The notes: generated by a model not told the origin, from the sequence alone. Shown: positions 28,131 through 39,997, counted from the stretch's first letter. The stretch is 64,000 bases of DNA from Callorhinchus milii (GCF_018977255.1 NW_024704742.1:74278001-74342000); one strand, 5' to 3'. Numbers and translations are program-made.

Positions 28131-28325
28131 AATAATGGTGTTTTTTGAAATCCCTCGATTTGAAATCAGTGCAATAGACTGTGATAACCACAGGCATCAT
28201 TTAGAAAAACACATTCAACATTAAAATATCAAAAGAACAACACATCTAACAGCTGAAAATTAGGCAAATGTGAAAATTGCGTTTTTTTTGCCATGTCAAA
28301 CAAAGCAATAAATACTAAATGTTAG

Positions 28326-28510
28326 TTAATAATAATATTCCTTGCATTTGATATAATAATAATAATCCTTGCATTTGATATAGCGCTTTTCACATCTTCT
28401 AGATGTCTCAAAGCGCTTCACAGAATATGCTGTAAAGTGAATTATTTGTATATTTTGTGGGCAGCCAATTGCGCACAGCAGCGTTCCACAAACAGTTGTG
28501 GATTGAGTGA
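28326..28510 (-). mobile_element. SINE 3' half with duplicated tail segment
   Basis: taataat..tccttgcatttgatata occurs twice in tandem, then the family body. Confidence 0.75.
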
Positions 28511-30364
28511 ACAAATTATTATTATTAGCTGTTCTGTTGAAGAGACTGGTAGTTGGGGTATGATTTCAATAATATTAAAACCTTCAATAAGGTTTATAAT
28601 AATACAGCTTGCATTTCATATAGTGCCTTATCACTACATCAACATATCTCAAAGGGCTTCACAAGATTTTATTATGAAGTGTAGTGACTGTGTATTTGCA
28701 GGCAAACACAGTTTTGTGATTTGGGTCAGACTTGAGTCTTATATGTTTTTGTCGAAGTGCTGAAGATTTGATCTACAAATTCAGATTTGATAGGTTTTGA
28801 AGACTCAGCAGGGAATTGCATTTCTGATTTCACCTCAGTGTCTAATGGCCCAAGGGTTAATGGAGGTTGTATCACCTCAACTCATCACATGCCCTCAGCA
28901 CCGATTGGGCAGAGCTTGACTGCCAGGAGGATAAGTTTCCAGCAAGCCAAGCTGTTTTACTCAGTGAATGCAGTCTTTCTGCTCCAGCCTGAGCCTTTCC
29001 TGTGACCAGTCAGAAAGCCTTTGTTTCAGAAAACATTTCATTTTCCTTCCGTGTCTTCTTGAAGAAGAGAGGTAATGACTTTCAATTCTTTACCATTTAT
29101 CCAGTGGCAATTATTTAAGCATGTTACATTAAAGTAATATTGTAAGCATCTTTTCCATCTAAATACAACCTCTTATTAGAATGACTGTTTAAAGGTTAGA
29201 CTGTCATGTGCTATTATAGTAATAATACGAATTTCTTAAACTGACAGAAAATATGCCTTTTTTGTATTGAGTTTTGATTTATTTGGTTTGCTACTATTGA
29301 GCAGCAAACCGAGACCTGGTGATGTAAAGGAACTTTAGGGACTGTAAGTAACTGGTGGGGAGTGGCTGTTTACTAAGTGATAGCCTCAGGAGAGGGATTT
29401 CTGCTGAAGGTAACTCACACATCTGTTAAAGACCCAAAACAGTTTTGAATTGTTTTGTAAAGAGAAAATATAGTGTTTTTTTCACATCAGGGTTTGCCTT
29501 TTTATCACTAGTACAATCAGTGTTTTCCTTAGAAAACTAAAGAGGACCAGGTTGTCGTTCAGAGGTAAATTCCATCCTTACAAGTAGGCTGTCATCCTGT
29601 TCAAATTCCTCTCAAAAAGCCAAAGATTGATGGCCTCCTCCTGCTGCTGTTATTTCTACGATTCTAGGAAAAGTTTGTACTTGGAATTTGAATTCATAGG
29701 GAGTTTTCCCACAAAACATTGCCAGGCTTTCTCTAATCAGGTTAGGTGTCCTGGGCAGAGCTACACCTATCTGATCTGTCCAGCAGAGGGTAGTTACTCA
29801 CCATCATCTATCTCATGCTGTTGCACCTCAAGTGCCCTCCTTCATCTGTTGTGTTCAGAACAGTAAGCTCCTTGTATTCAGTTGCTAAAAATATCCAGGA
29901 TGAATAAAACAAATCCATGTTCTGAGCGCAAAGATTAGCGGTGGAAACAATCACATCAGTTCAAACCACAATTTATAAAAAGTTCTCATGCAGCCAAGCC
30001 TGACATGTTAAAAATATGTACACAAATCTAGCAAAGCTCTCTGTGCCAGCAAACACCCACAACCTTTTGACACTACCAGCTGAGTGAACACTCATCACAT
30101 CCAGGCTTGACTACACTAACTCCCTGCTTGCCAGACTTCCCAACTCTTCGCTCCACATGCTGCAGGTTATTCAAAACTCTTTCAAGGCCTGTCTCAAGAT
30201 CTTCTTCTTTGACTGTGCCTTCGGTCACCCCACCCCCCACTCCCCTACCCTCCAACCCCTAGCTCGGGTGCAAACCCTTGACGGTCCAGCGCCTTGGAAC
30301 ATCCCCCCGATGTGAAAGACACAATATAAATTTGTTGTTATTGTTGAGCCATGCCTTTTGATAT

Positions 30365-30890
30365 TGGTTGTGGAAGGATGTACTTGCCTTGGAGGGGGTG
30401 CAGCATAGATTTACTAAGTTAGTACCAGGGATAAAGGGGATGAGTTACGAGGGTAAGCTGACCAATTTGGGTCTATATTCTCTAGAATATAGAAGAATTA
30501 GAGGGGATCTTATAGAAACCTATAAGATCATCAAAGGGCATAATAGAGTAGATAGTGGGAGATTGTTTCCCCTGGTTGGAAAAACTAAAACCAGGGGTCA
30601 TAACCTTAAGATCAGAGGCCAACCCTTTCGCACTGAGTTAAGGAAGAACTTTTTCACTCAAAGGGTGGTGAATGTATGGAACTCACTACCTCAAAGGGCT
30701 GTTGACGTTCAGTCCTTGAACATATTCAAGACTAGATAGATAGATTTCTTATTGCAAAAGGGATTAAGAGATATAGGGATAAGGCAGGGTCAGGTTATTA
30801 GCTGGAGTTAGATTAGAAGATCAGCCATGATTGAATGGTGGGACAGGCTCGAAGGGCCGAATGGACTACTCCTGCTCCTATATGTTATGT
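30365..30890 (+). mobile_element. CR1 LINE 3' end, well preserved
   Basis: KDVLALEGVQHRFTKLVPG...LGLYSLEYRRIRGDLIETYKI...TRGHNLKI...FFTQRVVNVWNSLP, then the CR1 3' UTR gggccgaatggactactcctgctcct. Confidence 0.92.
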
Positions 30891-30988
30891 TATTTTGCAG
30901 CTTAGGCCAGGCCATCTCTCCAGTTCCAATTCACATGGTAACTAATGGTCTGAAGGGAGATGAATAGCAATCTCTTTCCATTCTGTAC

Positions 30989-31349
30989 CGCATTGGTTAG
31001 AGCACTTGCCTCGTAAGCAAGAGGACATCGGTTCGATTCCTGGGCAGTGCAAAATGTTAGGCAAATTTCCTTACTCCACACGCCTCTGTTTACTTAGCAG
31101 TAAGTTGGAACCTGGTTGTTAGTTGATTGGTGGATCACTTTTCCAGGGGAAATAATCCCTTAAAAAAATTAATAATAATTTGGTCACTCAATCCACAACT
31201 GTTTGTGGGACACTGTTGTGCACAATTGGCTGCTGCGTTTTACCCACAAAATATACAGTCCATTCACTTCACAGTATATTCTGTGAAGTGCTTTGAGAAG
31301 ACTCAACGACGTGATAAGGCGCTATATCACATGCAAGGATTATTATTAT
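30989..31349 (+). mobile_element. tRNA-derived SINE
   Basis: tggttagagcacttgcctcgtaagcaag...ggttcgattcc head; TTA tail. Confidence 0.85.
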
Positions 31350-32879
31350 TCAGGCAGACTAAAACCTATTGAGGAGGACAATGCAAACCCATTTCCATGA
31401 TTTAAACAAGTGTTTGGTGTGTAAAATATTGTAATCTAAATTCAGAGACATGGTGTTGAATAGTTAAGTTTAATGAAAGAGTCCAACTGTAATCCGATAC
31501 ATTTGTAAACTGACATCTCTAGATATTGACTTTCCAAGCAGTGAGGTTACAACTGCATTGAAGAGCTCAATCTCTCTTTGCCCACAAAATACACAGTCAA
31601 TTCACTTTACGGTATATTCTGTAGAGCGCTTTGAGATGTCTCAACAACCTGATAAGGCGCTATATCAAATGCAAGCATTATTATTATTTAGCAAAGCTGC
31701 AATATCACTTCCTATTTGTCCTTTGACCTGTGACCCGTGTAACTGTGGTAGGAGTTGGAGTGCGATAAGATGATCTGCTGTAGATACTAACTTGTACCAA
31801 CAATGGTACAAGAGTCTGTGTGAAAGCTGTCCTGGAGCTTTCAGTTTCTTAAATGTTGGTTGTAAAGTCTCCAAGTTTCACTTCAGAGTAAAATCCATAC
31901 AGGCTTCTGCGCAGAATGAAACAGTGTATGAATGAGGAGTGGATCTTTCCATTTCACATACAAGCCAGACTTTGTGTTCCATTCAATGAACCACTACAGG
32001 CAGCTGGTGTCATATTGTTTGTTTCATTCCTTTCAATGGAAAATGTATTTTCCAACACAGTGAAATCACTTGGGAGAGCCCTTATTGGCAGTATAATGTC
32101 AATTGTGTTACTCTGACAAAGAAGACTCCTCCAATAACGCTGATATAAATAAACTACCCTGGCTGTGATTCAAGCTTTATTGGAATGGATAGAAGATAGA
32201 CTCTGAAGTATTCCCTTACATAAGTCACAGATTTGGAACTAAAAGGACAAGTGTAGATGGCACAGATTAAGAAAGCTTTGCTCATGTACATTTTGTTTGA
32301 AGTTTTTGCCAACCTCCCTTTCAGTGCCAGGATAACGGGGATGAAAGATACCTTTGTGTTGTGTTGACGTGTGCGACATTGATTTGTTTGCCACTTCTCA
32401 ATGGAAAAATTGAAGCCGGTTACACATCTCTTTCTATTCAGCGTTTTACACTGCAGAGGGCTGGCTAGCAACCTCTGGATCCCACCCAAGCCGTATGGCT
32501 ACTCATGGGACTGTGGTGATACAAATGACTGGTGAGTTTGTCAACAAAACAGTCACTACTGTAATTACCTATTGAGAGCTTAGTGATATTTTAACTTGCT
32601 AAGACGCTAGAAAATTGCAAGTTCTTTCTTAAGGTTGCATTTTCATGACAACTGTAACTATCTAGGGATAGGATTCTCCTTGGTTAATACAAGTATAGAG
32701 AGAAGGAAATTCACATTCTTTTTCTCCGTTGCAAATTATTCTGCACAATAAAGGTGAGAGGAGAGCTATCAAGCACTCATGGACACAACTCTGTGTGAAG
32801 GGCGCTATATAAATGCAAGTTGCTGTTATCAATGTTTTGAACGAAACACATTTCTGCATCGGGTGCCTGGAAGATTAAT

Positions 32880-33625
32880 CGTGCAACTTCCTGCAGCTGA
32901 ACGTGGACAAGATGGAAGCCATATTCATTGGCTCCCGTCAACGTGTTCACTCCTGCGAATCTGAACTCCTCAACCTCCCTGGGCTCTCCCTCAGACTCAC
33001 TGAACCAGTGCGCAATCTAGGCATCTGGTTCAACCCCCAACTTCCACCTCCACCACATTGCCTGCCTCCGATCGTACCTTACCCCAAATGCAGCCGAAAC
33101 TCTCGTGCATGTGTTTGTCACCTCCCGTCTGGATTACTCAAATGCTTTCCTCAACGGTCTCCCCAGCTCCACTATTCAAAAGATCCAGCTCAATCAGAAC
33201 TCTGCCGCCCACATACTGACCCGGACCAAACTCTGTACCCACATCTTACCAGTTCTGGCCGAGCTCCACTGGCTCCCCCTCACCAAACGAATCGACTTCC
33301 AAGATCCTCACACTTGTGTTCAAATCCCTTCACTCCCTGGCACCTCGCTACCTCTCCGACCTCCTCACACCCCAATCCACCACCGGGCGCCTCTGCTCAA
33401 CTGGCACAGGCCTCCTGCTTGTCCCTCGAGCCCTCCACCCCACCATCGGAGGTCGCTCCTCCAGCCACTACGCCCCGAAACTCTGGAATGCTCTCCCTCA
33501 ATCCCTTCGCCTTGCCCCCCTCCCTCACCCATTATCACCAGCTGAATGTCCAGTACTGTCCATGTAAAATGCTTTGAGACATGACCCTATGTGAAAGGCA
33601 TTGTTGTACAAATGCAAGTCGTTGT
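32880..33625 (+). mobile_element. L2 LINE 3' fragment
   Basis: HVFVTSRLDYSNAFLNGLP...LHWLPL...; IGGRSSSHYAPKLWNALP; frameshifted. Confidence 0.9.
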
Positions 33626-34417
33626 ACATCAGTGTGATTGATTGGAGTTTTTTCTGACTTGCTGCCGGGTTTATTTTGACAATTATTACACATTGCGGTG
33701 TAAAGCAGATGAGCTGGAACCACATTTCAAGGCTGCACTGTTGTCTGACATTTTGTTTTGTTTGTGCTCTGTGATCACAGTGGGCAAGGCTGAGGACTTG
33801 CCCACAGAGATTCTGTAGCTGGTGCTGCTTTGCTCCACATAAATTAATTCTTTGGGCTTGATGTCAATCACTTCCCTGTGGCATCACATCTGCCCCAGGC
33901 GCAGTTGAGCTCCTTCATCTCCGTTTGGAGCCTCCTTCATCTCATGTCTGCTCCGATTGACAGGTGTAACCACATGACTGGGGCTGTTAATTCCTTGTGG
34001 TATAAGAGATAAGAATGTCACACGAATAACTTTAACTCATCTCACAAATTAATATTGCTGAAGGAGTACAAACTTGTCTTAGGGAATGAAAATCGGTCTG
34101 CACCACCCCACAATTTTGAACCCACAATTTATTTTCTGTTGTTGAGTCTTTACAATTTGCTGCTTTGGCATGACATCTGAACACTGGTTGTGTGGTTGCA
34201 GATTGACTAGATTTCTAGCACTCTTGTCTTTGTCGAGACTTGAGATCACAATCTAGCTTGACACGTCAGTGCAATACTGGAGTGCTGGACTGCCAGAGTT
34301 GAGTGCTTTGAATTCGATTTTAAGCTACCTGTTCTGATAAAGGTTAAAGATCCCATGACCTTGTTTAATAAGTGAAGAGACTATCTCCTGATGTCATGGA
34401 TAAAAATCCCCTGGATT

Positions 34418-34600
34418 ATAATAATAATAATCCGTGCATTTGATATAGCACCTTATCACGTCTTTAAGATGTCTCAAAGCGCTTCACAGAATATACTGTA
34501 AAATGAATTGACTATATATTTTGTGGGGCGAAACATGGCAGCCAATTGCGCACAGCAGTGTCCCACAAACAGTCGTGGATTGACGTGACTAATTTATTAT
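34418..34600 (-). mobile_element. SINE 3' half
   Basis: (TAA)n tccgtgcatttgatatagcacc...gtgtcccacaaacagtcgtggattga. Confidence 0.8.
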
Positions 34601-35601
34601 TTTTTTGTTTAATTATTGTTTATTATTAAACCTTGTTTAAAAAGAGGTTATCTTATTAACTGAGTATTTTAGCAGGAAAAGAATATATGGTGAAGGTGCA
34701 GCATATATTTTACAGAATTTTCAAATAAAACATTTAATATTACCTTCTGTTTATTTATCTGAGATGCCAAATATGACTTAAATGTGGAACAAGCTAGTTT
34801 TTGCAGTTCCAGAAATGTTTAATTTTGCTTCATGTCCATGGAAAACGGCTTCAAGACATTATTTAAACTCACCATCACCTTAGCATAGCACATTTGCCTC
34901 TGGAGTATAAACTTATAGATTCAAGTCTCATATCAGCACTTGAGCTCACTGTCCAGGCTGTTTTAGTGAAGATTTTGATTTCTGAACATTTGCTGAATTT
35001 ATGCACTGGTATTTATTTAACAGCCACTTCTCTACTGTCAGTCTGACTCAGCTGATGGCATTCTTTGAATCAGAATCAAGCCCATGACGGGACCTTAAGC
35101 TCATAGTTTAGGTTAATACTCCAAAGCAATGCTTGGTGAGTGTTGAATTGTCAGAGGTTTATCTGTGTATAATTGTGAATTGAATAGACGTCAAGTGAAT
35201 ATTCTGATCAATGGGGACTAAAATGTAGTTATTACAACTTGTAGATTTACTAGGATAATACCAGGGCTGGCAGGTTACTGCTATCAGATAGACTGGATAG
35301 GTTATGCCTTTTTCACTAGAGAAGCAAAGTTTAAGGGGAGACCTAATAGAAGTGTTTAAAATTATAAAAGCATTCAATAAGGTAAGAAAGCTTAGGACGA
35401 AGAAGGTCATTCAGCTCAATTGATTGCATGCTTCCATATTACCTACCCTATCACCTTCCAATTCCAGCATTGTATTGTTCTTAAGTGAGTCTTGCACCAT
35501 TCCTGGAAACCCATTCTGATGTTGATTCCCTGTGTATTTCTGCCTGCGCTGCTTGAGATGTGATTCTACCATTGTTTTGCTGCAGGTGACTCCACAGCAA
35601 G

Positions 35602-35655
35602 ATGAGAACCATCATTCTAATTGTGTGCCTGATAGGCACAGCTCTCGCCAGCCCA
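35602..35655 (+). CDS. SPARCL1: SPARC-like 1, first coding exon (signal peptide; exon starts at 35586)
   Basis: tgcag acceptor, 16 nt of 5' UTR, ATG; MRTIILIVCLIGTALA-SP = 16-aa signal peptide plus 2 aa; gtgagt donor, phase 0. Confidence 0.9.
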
Positions 35656-36131
35656 GTGAGTGTCACTTTCTCCAGATAAAAATATAATCTTTACTCAACT
35701 CTAATATTCTGAACTATTTGTGAAATGAATATTCATCAAATGAATATTCTGAGTGATAGGGTCGAAAATGTGGTTTTACTAAAAAAAAAGTACTCCAAGT
35801 GAGACTCCTTCCAGTGATAGGAAATACATCACATTAACCCACAGCAACTACACTCTGAAGGTAGTCTGAGTTGGAAGGTATTGGATTTCTCACAAATTAG
35901 TGTGATTACCATAAAGAGTCCCAAATTGTGATTTAAGAAATTCCTGTGAACTGTTTTAATATAATAATAATAATCCTAGCATTTGATATAGCACTCTATC
36001 ATATCGTTGAGACATCTCAAAGTGCAGCACAGAAATATATCATATATTCAAAGATAATTATTGTAATAACTTCATACATTAAAATCAACTTCCTTGCTGT
36101 CATGTTTTACAATCACTGTTTTCATTTTCAG

Positions 36132-36170
36132 ATCCGCAAAACTCGAGATGTGAGCAGTGAGAGTATAGAG
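36132..36170 (+). CDS. SPARCL1: SPARC-like 1, 39-nt mini-exon (IRKTRDVSSESIE)
   Basis: ttttcattttcag acceptor, gag|gtaatt donor, phase 0/0, ends in S-x-E motifs. Confidence 0.8.
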
Positions 36171-36617
36171 GTAATTCTGTGACTCTGTTATGATGGTTTA
36201 TACAAATGTGGTTTTGTTCAATTAATTTACATTCAACCCAAAAAGCTTGCAGAATGACTCTTTTTTCAGTGTTTAGAGTATGTGTCCACAGTTGATTTCT
36301 CCATCAACATAAGCACCGTTGCTGCATAATGACAGATGTTGTGAAACTCACAGATCAGGAGGAGAGGGATGAGGGATCTGGGCAAGAAACAGGACAACTA
36401 GAAGAGTTACAGCCAGTGTTTCTGTGCTTTCAGAAGCTGCTGGGTCTGGAACCAGGAGAAGGGAATGCGTTCCTGGGGAGAGAGTATAATAATTTGATAT
36501 AGTGCCTTATCACGTCTTAGAGATGTCTCAAAGCCCTTCACAGAATATCTGAAGTGAATTGACCGTATATTTTGTGGGTGAAACACGGCAGCCAATTTCG
36601 CACAGAATTGAACATTT

Positions 36618-37121
36618 ACCCGGGGAGTGGGAGCAAGAACCTGGGGGGAGAGGGAGCAAGAACCTGGGGGGAGAGGGAACAGGTACCTGGAGGGAGAGAG
36701 GGAGTGGGTACTCGAGGGGCAGAGAGGGAGCGGGTACCAGGGGTGGGGGGTGGAGAGGGAGCGGGTACCCAGGGTGGGGGGAGTGGGTACCCGGCGGGGA
36801 GAGGGAGCGTACCTGGGGGGGAGAGAGAGGGAACGGATACCTGGGGGGAGAGGGAGCGGGTACCCGGGGGGGGGGAGAGAGAGGGAGCGGGTACCTGGGG
36901 AGAGAGGGAGCGAGTACTGGTTGGGGAGAGAGAGGGTGTGGGTACCCGGTGAGGGAGGAGAGGGTGGGTATCCGGTGGGAGGAGAGAGGGAACGGGTACC
37001 TGGGGGGTGGGGGAGAGGGAGTGAGTACCTGGAGGGGGAGAGAGTGTGGATACCCGGGGAGGGAGAGGGTGTGGGTACCCTGGGGGTGGGGGAGAGAGTG
37101 TGGGTACCCGGGGGGAGAGAG
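36618..37121. repeat. G-rich minisatellite (~22-28 nt units, core gggtacctgggggagagggag)
   Basis: About 20 imperfect tandem units with strong purine/G strand bias; source of several spurious overlapping ORFs. Confidence 0.9.
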
Positions 37122-37563
37122 AGTAGTCTGATACACAGAGAGAGAGGAGAACCTGCCTGGGAAGCAGATGTTTACACTTTTGAATACTGACATGTCACAG
37201 TCCAAAATCATAGTTTATTGTAGACAGAAGTGAAAGTTAAAGTATGTAACCACCCTTACACAAATAGGGATAAACCGGTTTTCATTATTTTTTCAGGGAG
37301 GAAATTCAGACAGTGATGAGGTAAGGAATTATTCAGTGTATTTGCGTGTGTTAAATTGCATGCAGATTGAATAATGAATACTGATAGTTCGACCGTCCCT
37401 CCCCTCGCCTCGGCTTCATGCTCCGCCACTGTCAAGCTCTCTGAGGCGCTAGCCTGCATGAGGGGCGTGATATAAACGCAAGTTGTTGTTGTTAATAATG
37501 CTGGTTCTTCATCTTGCTGCAGACAGTGAGGCACTTTGTAATGTTCTGTCTGTGTATTTACAG

Positions 37564-38322
37564 ATGAACCCCTTGGTTGATCAGCAGTACTTTCTCTATC
37601 CACGTAGATCCCATTCTCAAATCCCTTCACGGCCTAGATATTACCCAGAGGTTTTCCCTGCTGTACCTCCTGAATATTCCCCTTACCACAGCAAATCTTA
37701 TCAGCCTTTTCATTCCCAATACTTTGCAAGGTATCCTGATTACGCTCAACAGCCTTTCTATTCTGATTACAATGAACACCCAGGGTCTATGGTGTATGAC
37801 AGTTATCCGTACAAGTACCATCTCTTCCCTTTGATAAAGAGGATTCATAATCTGGTAGCATATCGTCTGGGGCACCATTCTACAGGCAACAGATTTGGGG
37901 CCATCCGTGAGAGTGCTCCACAGGTCACACCAAGCAGTATGGAAAACACTAGAACTGAGAAACCCATGGAGAATATCACTCCTAGAATACCAAGCCTGGA
38001 TGGTATCTTCATGTATAACAAACCAAATGAGGTCCCGCATGTTTCTGAGCACAATACTGAGCTTGCCCACTTCACTGGGAACTACCTTGAGCAATCGACA
38101 GATGAAATAACTGATGAAGAAGATCCATATGATGTTCTACGAAACTCTGACTCCATAGGGGTGGAACATTTTCGGTCATCCGGAATTGACATTAGTTATG
38201 AGCAAGTTGGCCACGATATTACCTCTTCAGAATCAGCAGATGAAACCTTGAATAATCAGGAATTGGAAAGTCAAGGAGTGTCTCAGGTAGATTACGTGGA
38301 TGATGACAATGAAACGAATAAG
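37564..38322 (+). CDS. SPARCL1: SPARC-like 1, Tyr/Pro/Gln-rich then acidic exon (253 aa)
   Basis: tttacag acceptor, open phase-0 frame of 759 nt, aag|gtattt donor (alternative cag|gtagat after 38286); lies between other exons of the gene in compatible phase. Inclusion in the mRNA is inferred. Confidence 0.75.
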
Positions 38323-38367
38323 GTATTTTTACTCCTTCAATATACAACGAGTCAAATAAATCCCAAG

Positions 38368-39197
38368 CTACAACAACAACAACAAAATTACATTTGTAAA
38401 GCTCTTTCACGTCGGGAGGACGTCCCAAGGCGCTGGATAGACAGAGTTACGGATCTGAGCTGGGAGTCGGGGGCAGGGTGGGGAAGCAGGGAGATCAAAA
38501 GCATAGTTGAAGAGGAGGATCTTGAGATGGGTCTTGAAGGGAGGGGGCGAGGCGGAGGGACTGAGGGATGGAGTTCCAGAGGGTAGGGGAAGATTGGCGG
38601 AAGACCCGCCCGCCAATAGTGGGGTAAGCGAGATGGGGGACGTGAAGGTGAATTAAGCAGGCTGAAGCCGCTGAGCGGAGGGAGCGAGTAGGATGGTAGG
38701 GTGTTAGGATGTCACAGAGGTAGGGGGAAGCAAGACTGTGGAGGGCTTTGAAGGTGAGGACCAGGATCTTGAACTGTATCCTCCGTGTGATGGGAAGCCA
38801 GTGGAGTTGGGCAAGGATGGGGGTAATAGGGTCACAGAGCCTAGTGTGGAAATTCACAGGCTGCAGAGTTCTGGATGATCTGCACCCTATGGAGGGAGGA
38901 GTTGGGGAGGCCGACAAGCAACGAGTTTGCGTAGCCGAACCTCGATGTAATGAAAGCATGTTTGAGGGTTTTGGTGGCCTGCGGTGTGAGACAGTGGCGG
39001 AGCCGGGCAATGTTGTGGAGGGGGGGAAGGCAGAGTGGGTCATGGCGCAGATGTGGGGTAGAAAGGATAGTTGAGGGTCAAACAAGACCCCAAGGTTCCG
39101 GACTGACTTAGTAAGGTGAAGTGTGCAACCATGGATGGTGATGCTGTCAGTGCTTGAGTGAGGGGGCGCTGACGGGAGCCAATCGGGAGAGCCAAAG
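38368..39197 (-). mobile_element. L2 LINE 3' fragment with (TTG)n tail
   Basis: VRNLGVLFDPQLSF...LHWLPITRRIQFKILVLTFKALH...IGGRVFRQSSPTLWNSIP. Confidence 0.9.
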
Positions 39198-39462
39198 TAA
39201 TAATAACATGCCAATTAGCCATAGAGTAATGCACCACAGTATATGTTAAAATAATTAGCAAATATTGATGGTGCCGGGGAAGGGAGGGTTTGGCTTAATG
39301 AAGGAGATGTGCCTGGCAAAGTGAGGCAAGACCTCAGTAAAGTGAACAGAAGTTGATCAATGACCAGTCTGTCTGGCTCATCAATGAGAGGGAAGTTTGA
39401 AATCCCTGATGATTTTGAAAGTGATTGGAAACCATGTGCGGTTACCATTGTTGTTTGTATCC

Positions 39463-39731
39463 AATTCCAGGCACAGGGCGAAACCTTGGGCAAGTTTCCT
39501 TACTCCACACGCCTAATAATAATCCCTCCAAAACTAAAAACAATAATTAAATTGGTCATTTTCAATCTACGACTGTTTGTGGGACATTGCTGTGCGCAAT
39601 TGGCTGCCGCGTTCGCCCACAAATATACAGTCAATTCACTTTACAGTGTGTTCTGTGAAGCGCTTTGGGACGTCCTCCCGACATGAAAAGCGCTATATCA
39701 AATGCAAGGATTATTATTATTATTATTATTA
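39463..39731 (+). mobile_element. tRNA-derived SINE (5'-truncated)
   Basis: Near-identical to the copy at 7680-7949. Confidence 0.85.
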
Positions 39732-39997
39732 ATTGGAAGGTTGTGTTTTCACACCTTTGGCTCTGGCTCACTGGGCTCAGGTGTAACAGTGCACCAGGTG
39801 TCAGTTTCCCACTCACTATTTCTGCTTCAGGCATTGTGTGTGAGAACTGGTTGAATTAAATTGTGGACTAGAGCTAAATGATGCTGTGGTTTTCAGCACC
39901 AGCAAAGAGCATCATGATTCTGGATGTATTCTGTGCTAATCTCACAAACTGTATATGGTTTCAGCATTGTGATGGGATGGTTTCTCTCTGTCTGTAG

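Noticed and set aside
33686..33960. Minus-strand ORF fragment as a pseudogene
   Set aside because: No recognisable homology or splice structure; short and interrupted by stops.
36528..37211. Four long overlapping ORFs (Pro-rich on minus, Gly/Glu/Arg-rich on plus)
   Set aside because: Products of the stop-poor G-rich minisatellite; no splice or codon support.
37483..38586. 367-aa ORF as a single-exon secreted protein
   Set aside because: Its start is a TTG inside an L2 tail (gttgttgtt) and its end runs into an antisense L2; only 37564-38322 is bounded by splice sites.
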